This document shows positions 57,939 to 64,000 of a stretch of 64,000 nucleotides of DNA, piece after piece. Under the pieces are notes generated by a model, which did not search any database, had not been told where the DNA came from, and was given only the letters and a program-made list of their open reading frames with translations. Made by a program: the position numbers and the translations under genes. How positions within the stretch are numbered: position 1 is the first letter of the stretch; each line of letters begins with the position of its first letter. This stretch comes from a bacterium (GTDB lineage Bacteria; UBA8248; JACPRG01; G963555815), in the NCBI GenBank assembly GCA_963555815.3, contig CAUVWX020000001.1, positions 1,216,001 through 1,280,000 of the forward strand. Direction: 5' to 3'.

Positions 57939-58949
57939 ATGAAGTCTTTGCAGGAAAAAAGGTCCACATTTCCCGAATCCGACAGGCACTTATCTCCTTC
58001 GGGGCCTTTAAAGGGGGGGTTGCCTATTGCCCTCCTTTCCTTGAAACGTCAGGCCGTCGAGACCGTTCGGGAGCTCCTGCCCCTTTCTCTTCGTCATCGG
58101 GTATACGCTCGCATAGGGCAAGACGTGGCCCGCCCTTACCGGACCGCCTTCGAGGAAAACGGGCACGATCTCTTCAAGATTATCCACATTGAGACCATGA
58201 GCTTTTGCAATGGGGGGTGCACCTTCTGCGCGGCGGCGGCGCAGTTCAAGATGATGGACGGATCCAAGATGCCGGTGGAGGTCTATGAGAAGATCCTCTC
58301 GGACCTATCCCAACTCGATTACCGGGGCCGGATCTCCCTTTACTGTAATAACGAACCCTTCCTCGACAAACGGCTGGTGGAGTTTGTGGGAATGGCCCGC
58401 AGGGCCTGTCCGCCGGCCTATATCGAGATTAAGACCAACGGGAAACTTCTCACCGTCCCCCTGGCGGAGGCGCTCTTTCAGAACGGACTCGACACCCTTG
58501 TGGTGAACGACTACAGCCGAAAGTGGAAGCACACCCAGCCCGTCCAGCGCTTTTGCGAGAAATTTGATTCCTCAAAGGGTCGGGTCGTGATCGAATGGCG
58601 CAGCGAGGTAGAGCGATTGACCAACCGAGCGGGGACCAACCCCTCGTCAAGCCCTCTGGGGAAGCCCATCCAGGGCTTCTGCATTCGCCCCTTCAAGATG
58701 CTCACCGTGAACCCTCGGGGCGATACGGCGCTTTGTAGTAACGATGTTTTCTTCCAGCACGTCACAGGGAATGTGATGAAACAATCCCTCCGGGAGATCT
58801 GGCATGGGGAGGAGTACCGGAGGGTCCGCCGGGCGTTGCTCGAAAATGACAGGACCTGCTCCTCCGTTTGCCGCGTCTGCGACTACTGGGGTTACCGGAA
58901 GGCACATGTGAAGGGGGCGTTTCAAAAATGGTTGCTCTGGATGATGTGA
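57939..58949 (+). CDS. radical SAM protein with SPASM/twitch domain
   Basis: CNGGCTFC; NEPF; TNG; CIRPF...GDTALC...CSSVCRVC. Confidence 0.92.
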   Translation: MKSLQEKRSTFPESDRHLSPSGPLKGGLPIALLSLKRQAVETVRELLPLSLRHRVYARIGQDVARPYRTAFEENGHDLFKIIHIETMSFCNGGCTFCAAAAQFKMMDGSKMPVEVYEKILSDLSQLDYRGRISLYCNNEPFLDKRLVEFVGMARRACPPAYIEIKTNGKLLTVPLAEALFQNGLDTLVVNDYSRKWKHTQPVQRFCEKFDSSKGRVVIEWRSEVERLTNRAGTNPSSSPLGKPIQGFCIRPFKMLTVNPRGDTALCSNDVFFQHVTGNVMKQSLREIWHGEEYRRVRRALLENDRTCSSVCRVCDYWGYRKAHVKGAFQKWLLWMM

Positions 58950-59009
58950 ATTTCCCCCTGAATGACTCTTCGGGATTGACTCTGGTTTTCTGACACCTCT
59001 CTGGATTCC

Positions 59010-60561
59010 ATGAGAATGAGACCTGTTTTCAAACACACCGCATATATTTTATCCCCTGTTCATCTTGGCATTTGCTTATATCTACTATCCCTCGTACAGC
59101 TATGAAGACCGTATATTTGAACGTGATCAGCTTTCCCAGACTCCCATGATCCAGATGGAGCAAGACCCGACACTGTTCCCCACGGACGAAATATTTCATC
59201 AGTGGAGAACAATGTTCAGGACTATTTTCTATCCTTTCGTGGCATGGATGGCCACCCATTTGGGAAGCATTAAAGCCGCGTATTTCATCTTATCGATCGT
59301 GATGGGTTTGATCTTTCTTTTTGGAGTTTATCTTCTCGTTTATGAAATTACCAAGAACCGGTTTGTGTCCGCCCTTGTTTCGTTTTTCAGCATCTTTCCG
59401 CGGGCCAGTTTTGGTGGGATCGTGTGGGCGTTCCCCGACAGCGCGAATTTTTTCACCAGGCACATCGTGGTGAACTTCGTCCCTCTTCTCTTTTTTTGGT
59501 TTCTACGAATACGCGGGCGACGAACACTGGCGCTCCTTTTTCTGGTACTGGGGCTCTTCGGAAACATCCATCCGCTGACTGCGGCCCACTTGGCGGCGTT
59601 ATTCTCGGTGACATTTCTGTTCCTGGGCAGGAAGAACCTCCCGGGCGCGGTCAAGACTTTGGTGTATTCCTTGGTTGCGTTTGTGGTTGGGTTGTCGCCG
59701 TATCTCGTCAGCGGGCCAGCGGTTCTGCAGCCGATCTTCAGCCGCGCCGCGCCGCCGATAGAGATCTTCCAATTCAGGGCTGGATCGCTGTTGATCCCGG
59801 GGTTTCGGACCATCCGCTGGGTGGGCTTTTATCTGACCATTCCAGTTTTGCTTGCGATCCCTGGTTTTCTCAAGGCGCGAACTGATCCGTCGTTTCGACA
59901 TCGTGAAACCCTGGTGATTCTTTTGGGGTCTATATTGGTTCTTTCGATCGTTGGAAACCTGGCTGTCCAGACGAGCAACAACCTGCTTCGACTTCAACCG
60001 ATTCGGATATTCGTTTACATTTATCTGGTGTTGTTTTGTTACGCGGCTGTGACGTTGAAAGAGTTGCTAGACAAGAAGAGGTGGAAGACATTTGCTGTTT
60101 GTGGACTGCTGCTCTTAGTCCCCTTCAACTCGTTGGAGGGCATGATTAAGGAGTGGCGGGGGAAGCCAGGGAAGATTTATTCGTATCAGCGGGACGGGAA
60201 ATTTTTGGATCTTGCCGCCTGGGCAGAGGCTAACACGGATAGGGATGACCTGTTCCTCACGCCTCTCGATATGTCGGCGTTTCGAATATACGCAAAACGT
60301 GGAATCGTCGTATCGATGAAGGGCGGTGGCGTGTCTATAATGTCAAAAGACTTTGCGATGGAATGGTGGAAAAGATATCAGGATCTGAATGAAGTATACA
60401 CAGGAGGAGACACAGACCTATTTTTGAAGGTTGCTGTCCGATACGGCGCAAAATACATCGTGACACCTCGGGGGAAAAGTCTTGCGGTGCCGTTGGAATT
60501 TGGGAATGATGGCTTTAACGTCTATCGGGTGCCCTCGGCTCCTCCGGAGGAGGGAAGATAA
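59010..60561 (+). CDS. multi-pass membrane protein (GT-C/DUF6798-like), probable +1 frameshift at CCCC 59053-59056
   Basis: many TM segments and a soluble C-terminus (FRIYAKRGIVVS.KGG); ATG 59010 joins the long ORF if one C is removed; visibly lower GC than neighbours. Confidence 0.7.
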
Positions 60562-60676
60562 AAGGGTACCGAGTGAAGGAACTCCGGATGGCATGGAACC
60601 CAGAGACGGCTGAGATCTGAATTCTCTCCACTAGGGGGATCCCTTTCCAAGAGGCGGGGGACACCGAGGCCCGGGG

Positions 60677-61792
60677 GTGCCTCCCAGCGGCGCCATCACG
60701 GGGAGGTTTGTCATTTCGTCTGAGACTGCCCCAGATCGATCTCTTCGGTTTGCCGTCACCGGGACGGGGTCTATCGCAGAGGTCCACCTAAGGGCCTTGC
60801 AGGGGCATCCATGGGCTAAACCCGTCGCCCTCTATGGCCGTGATGAGGAGAGGACTGGCCGGATGGCCCAACGCTACGGCGCCCGGCCCTACACTGATTT
60901 CGCGAGCCTCCTGGACCGAGAGCGTCCTGACGCCCTGATCATCGCCAGTGCTCACCATTTGCATGAGCCCCTGGTCGAGGCGGCCCTCGAGCACAGGGTG
61001 CACACCCTGGTCGAAAAGCCCTTAGCCCTCACCCCGGAGGGCGCCGCGCGTCTCGTCGACCTCGCCGAGGAGAGGGGATGCCGGCTGGCCGTCGTCTATC
61101 AGAAGCGCTACAACGCCTCTGTCCGACGGGCCGAGGAGATCCTCCGGAGCGAGACTTACGGCCGCCCCCTCCACTGTGTCGTCATCACCCACAAACCCCG
61201 GCGGCCCGAATACTACTCCCAGCGCGGGCGATCCGAGCGGAAGGTGACGGGCGGGGGTGTCCTCATCAACCAGGCCATCCATGAACTGGACCTCCTCTGC
61301 CTTTTCTTCGGAGAGGTGGAGTCGGCCTCCGGCCTCCTGGAGACCCGCTACCACCAGGTGGACTTCGAAGATTTCGCCTCCCTCCTCATTCGGTTTCAAT
61401 CCGGCGTCGTGGCCGTGTTCCAGGCAAGCACGTTCCCCTTTCCTCACGTGCCCAACGAATTCGCCATCCACTGCGAGGGAGCAGTCCTCTACCTGGAGGA
61501 CGACCGGCTTCAGGTCCAGAGTGGGACACAATCTCCCCGGCGGTGGCGTCCTCCCTTCTATCGCCAGTGGAAGAACCGCCTGGGTCAGGTGGGGACACAG
61601 CATCATGTCATGGACGATTTTGTCTCCTCCATTCGGACTGGACGCCTCTGCCGGACCGATTCCCGAGAGACACAGGGCGCCCTTGGCATCGTGGGGGAGG
61701 CCTATCGAAGGGCGGGGGTCGTTGTGGAAAACAGGACGGCGGCAAAGGCCCTCCAAACCAGTCCTCCGGCCGAAGCGAGCTCGTCACCATGA
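60677..61792 (+). CDS. Gfo/Idh/MocA family oxidoreductase
   Basis: GTGSIA; LVEKPLA; GGGVLINQAIHELD; start codon uncertain. Confidence 0.9.
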   Translation: MPPSGAITGRFVISSETAPDRSLRFAVTGTGSIAEVHLRALQGHPWAKPVALYGRDEERTGRMAQRYGARPYTDFASLLDRERPDALIIASAHHLHEPLVEAALEHRVHTLVEKPLALTPEGAARLVDLAEERGCRLAVVYQKRYNASVRRAEEILRSETYGRPLHCVVITHKPRRPEYYSQRGRSERKVTGGGVLINQAIHELDLLCLFFGEVESASGLLETRYHQVDFEDFASLLIRFQSGVVAVFQASTFPFPHVPNEFAIHCEGAVLYLEDDRLQVQSGTQSPRRWRPPFYRQWKNRLGQVGTQHHVMDDFVSSIRTGRLCRTDSRETQGALGIVGEAYRRAGVVVENRTAAKALQTSPPAEASSSP

Positions 61793-63033
61793 GCGAGGGA
61801 TCTTTTAGGCCAATCCCGGGTCGAGGGAAGAGGAGCTGGACGTGGCTCTGGCTTCTCCTCATCGCCTTCGGTTTGCGTCTCGGCGCCGGTTTGGCTTTGG
61901 ACCACCTCGCGCCCCAGGGCGCGCTCTTTGTCGACACCCTGGCCTACGAGGGAGTCGGGAGGGCCCTCTCCACCTCCTGGAAGGCGGGGATCCCCCTCAC
62001 CATCGAGGGTTATGTCCAAACGCCAGAGAGCAAGGACATCCTTGGTCACGCCACCAATGACGGGGCTTACTACTACTATGTTGCATCTCTTTTCTACCTG
62101 TTCGGCGGTTGGGGTTTTCTGCCCAAGCTCTCGAACCTCCTCATTGGATCTCTTTCTGTCCTCCTCGTTTACCGGATCGCCGGGATGCTCTTCCAAGCCA
62201 GGGCGGCCCTTCTGGCAGGCCTTCTGACAGCTGTCTTCCCCTCTTTTGTCCTCGTCTCGGCGACCAGCTTGAGGGACACCCAAACGGTCTTCTTCATCAC
62301 CCTGATCGCCTGGCTCACGCTTCGGACCTATCGGCAGCCGGGCGTCTGGGGGACTGTCGGACTGGCAGCGGCCCTCGCCTATCTGCGATTCCATTCGAAC
62401 TACCTCTTCCTGACGATGACGACTCTGGCGACAATCTACCTCTTCATCCGCCCAAGACTCCTTGGGAGATACCTTCTCCCTGGAGCAGCGGCCGTCGCCC
62501 TCATCCTAGTTCTGGCGTTCCAATGGAGCCCCATCCAGATTCGCCCCTATGACACAGAGTGGTTGACAAATGTGAACATCGCTCGAAACCTCAAGGCCAT
62601 CGGAAACTTAGCCCTCTATCCGGATCTGGACATCTCGACGCTGCCGAAAGTTTTTGCCTTTCTCCCAGTCGGCCTCGGGTATTTCTTCTTCTTCCCAACG
62701 CCTTGGCAGGCCACTACCGCCCTGCAGCGGATGGCTGCGCCGGAGATGGTCCTCTGGTACTTTCTATTCCCCTTTGGAGTGGCGGGTCTCGTGGTGGCGG
62801 CCATGAGGTTGGGGAAGAGGAGGAGGGAATGTTTCTACCTGGCGGGCTTGGCGGCGGCCCTTTCCTCCATTTACGCCCTCTACGACGGAAATGTGGGGAC
62901 CATGTACCGGCATCGGCTTCACGTCCTGATGGTCTTCCTCGTGTTTTCGGGTTCCGCCCTCTTGGCCACCTATGACTTCATTCGAAAGCGAAGGGCGTTG
63001 AAGCATGAGTCAAGGGAGAAGAAAGTCCCCTAA
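61789..63033 (+). CDS. GT-C fold (PMT/ArnT-like) membrane glycosyltransferase or polymerase
   Basis: ATGA overlap start MSEGSF; DTLAY after TM1; LRD; many TM segments; NVGTMYRHR. Confidence 0.72.
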   Translation: MSEGSFRPIPGRGKRSWTWLWLLLIAFGLRLGAGLALDHLAPQGALFVDTLAYEGVGRALSTSWKAGIPLTIEGYVQTPESKDILGHATNDGAYYYYVASLFYLFGGWGFLPKLSNLLIGSLSVLLVYRIAGMLFQARAALLAGLLTAVFPSFVLVSATSLRDTQTVFFITLIAWLTLRTYRQPGVWGTVGLAAALAYLRFHSNYLFLTMTTLATIYLFIRPRLLGRYLLPGAAAVALILVLAFQWSPIQIRPYDTEWLTNVNIARNLKAIGNLALYPDLDISTLPKVFAFLPVGLGYFFFFPTPWQATTALQRMAAPEMVLWYFLFPFGVAGLVVAAMRLGKRRRECFYLAGLAAALSSIYALYDGNVGTMYRHRLHVLMVFLVFSGSALLATYDFIRKRRALKHESREKKVP

Positions 63034-63150
63034 CCGGTGGCTGGCCGGACAAAATCCTTTGGACCCCGGCCTGAGACTAAAATGTCACCGGGTGCCGGGG
63101 GGCCCCTTCCCCGATAGGGGTGGCGCTCCCCCAAGCGCTGGGCCTACCCC

Positions 63151-64000
63151 GTGAAGAACGCCCTCTTCTCTTTACTGCTCCTTGTGGCTCTCTTCTTCTT
63201 GGTCGAGGGAGTCCTCAGGTTTTTCGTCTTCGAAAGTTCTGCCGTAGGCATCTGGGGGTTCAACCCTTATGGCCAGGGAGACCTGCGAGGGGGTGTTGAC
63301 TCCGTCGTACTCATCAAGCCAGAACTTCCTTACCGTTTGGTGACGGACGATGAGGGCTTTAGAACCTGCGGCCGGGAAGGCACGGAGACTTCTTTGCGGG
63401 TCCTCGCTGTTGGAGATTCCTTCACCTTTGGTCCCTATGTAGAAAATGAATCCACCTACCCATGTCTCCTTCAGGAAACCCTCAATGCAGTGGATTCAGA
63501 CCACCGATTTGAGGTCCTGAACGCCGGCATCCCCGGATATACGGTGACGGACGAGCGCCACTATCTCTTAGAAAAAGGTTTGGAGCTCAAGCCTCAAGTG
63601 GTCCTCCTTGGGATTTATACGAACGATATCGTGGACCTTGCGCCTTCTGCCCGGGCCAAGTTCGCACGGCCCGGTCACCAAGACAGGCTTCAAGGGGCGC
63701 GTTTTTATATGAGGCGCCTCGCCTGGTACGACCTGGCAGTCCGCATTCGATATGCGGCTCTCTCCAGAGGGACGCCTGCCAAAGTGCGCCCTCCCCCAAC
63801 TCCGCCTGATCGTGAGAAAGCAAGAGCCCTTACCCCGTCAGTGGGGGAATGGCAGCCCTATTGGCCGGAATATCAATCTGGCTTAAGGGGGCTTGTGAGC
63901 GACCTGCGGCAGCGCCAAATCCCCCTACTCGTCATTCTCTTTCCGCACGTCGCTCAGGTGGAGGGCAGATCTTCTGAGGAGATTCAGGAGGCCATTCGGG
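63151..64000 (+). CDS. membrane-anchored SGNH/GDSL protein, 3' end beyond the window
   Basis: hand translation: TM, then LAVGDSFTFG, VLNAGIPGY, IYTND; open to the window end. Confidence 0.85.
   Translation, partial: MKNALFSLLLLVALFFLVEGVLRFFVFESSAVGIWGFNPYGQGDLRGGVDSVVLIKPELPYRLVTDDEGFRTCGREGTETSLRVLAVGDSFTFGPYVENESTYPCLLQETLNAVDSDHRFEVLNAGIPGYTVTDERHYLLEKGLELKPQVVLLGIYTNDIVDLAPSARAKFARPGHQDRLQGARFYMRRLAWYDLAVRIRYAALSRGTPAKVRPPPTPPDREKARALTPSVGEWQPYWPEYQSGLRGLVSDLRQRQIPLLVILFPHVAQVEGRSSEEIQEAIR

Noticed and set aside
24383..63153. Genome-wide stop-codon reassignment suggested by several in-frame TAG/TGA codons
   Set aside because: TAG ends ccmB, ccmC, ccmE, GH15 and recG, and TGA ends proB, trxA and pcm, at the expected positions; the kinase TAGs are explained by compensating indels

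Overview
GC-rich bacterial chromosome segment, mostly housekeeping genes: proB-obgE-rpmA-rplU, trpABF, ilvC, recG, rpmB, rel, tatA, pcm, tRNA-Pro(CGG), tlyA-dxs-ispA-xseB-xseA-folD. Taxonomy cannot be fixed from the window. Four accessory blocks stand out. (1) A 1123-aa, 14-heme c-type cytochrome (diheme class-I module fused to a 12-heme module) heads a non-canonical cytochrome c maturation operon: CcmE with CxxxY, CcmH lacking LRCxxC, two extra CcmI-like genes, no ccmG in the cluster. (2) A sigma54/IHF-type promoter precedes a 39-aa membrane peptide, two Flp-type pilins (one degenerate), a GAF-GAF-PAS histidine kinase and two duplicated stand-alone receiver proteins. (3) A 38-43.8 kb region holds a cupredoxin lipoprotein with substituted CuA ligands, a candidate three-way-junction RNA, an XRE regulator, two ORFs with single in-frame stops and a DAHP-synthase-family enzyme with an altered KPR(S/T) motif. 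(4) A surface-glycan cluster from 51.3 kb to the end, in which a GT9 cassette lies between ~79-bp direct repeats. Indels, mostly in homopolymer runs (dxs, the kinase, the 59-kb membrane protein), suggest possible long-read assembly errors, so disrupted genes need read-level checking. No CRISPR array, transposase or integrase was seen. No database searches were run; family calls rest on recognised motifs.
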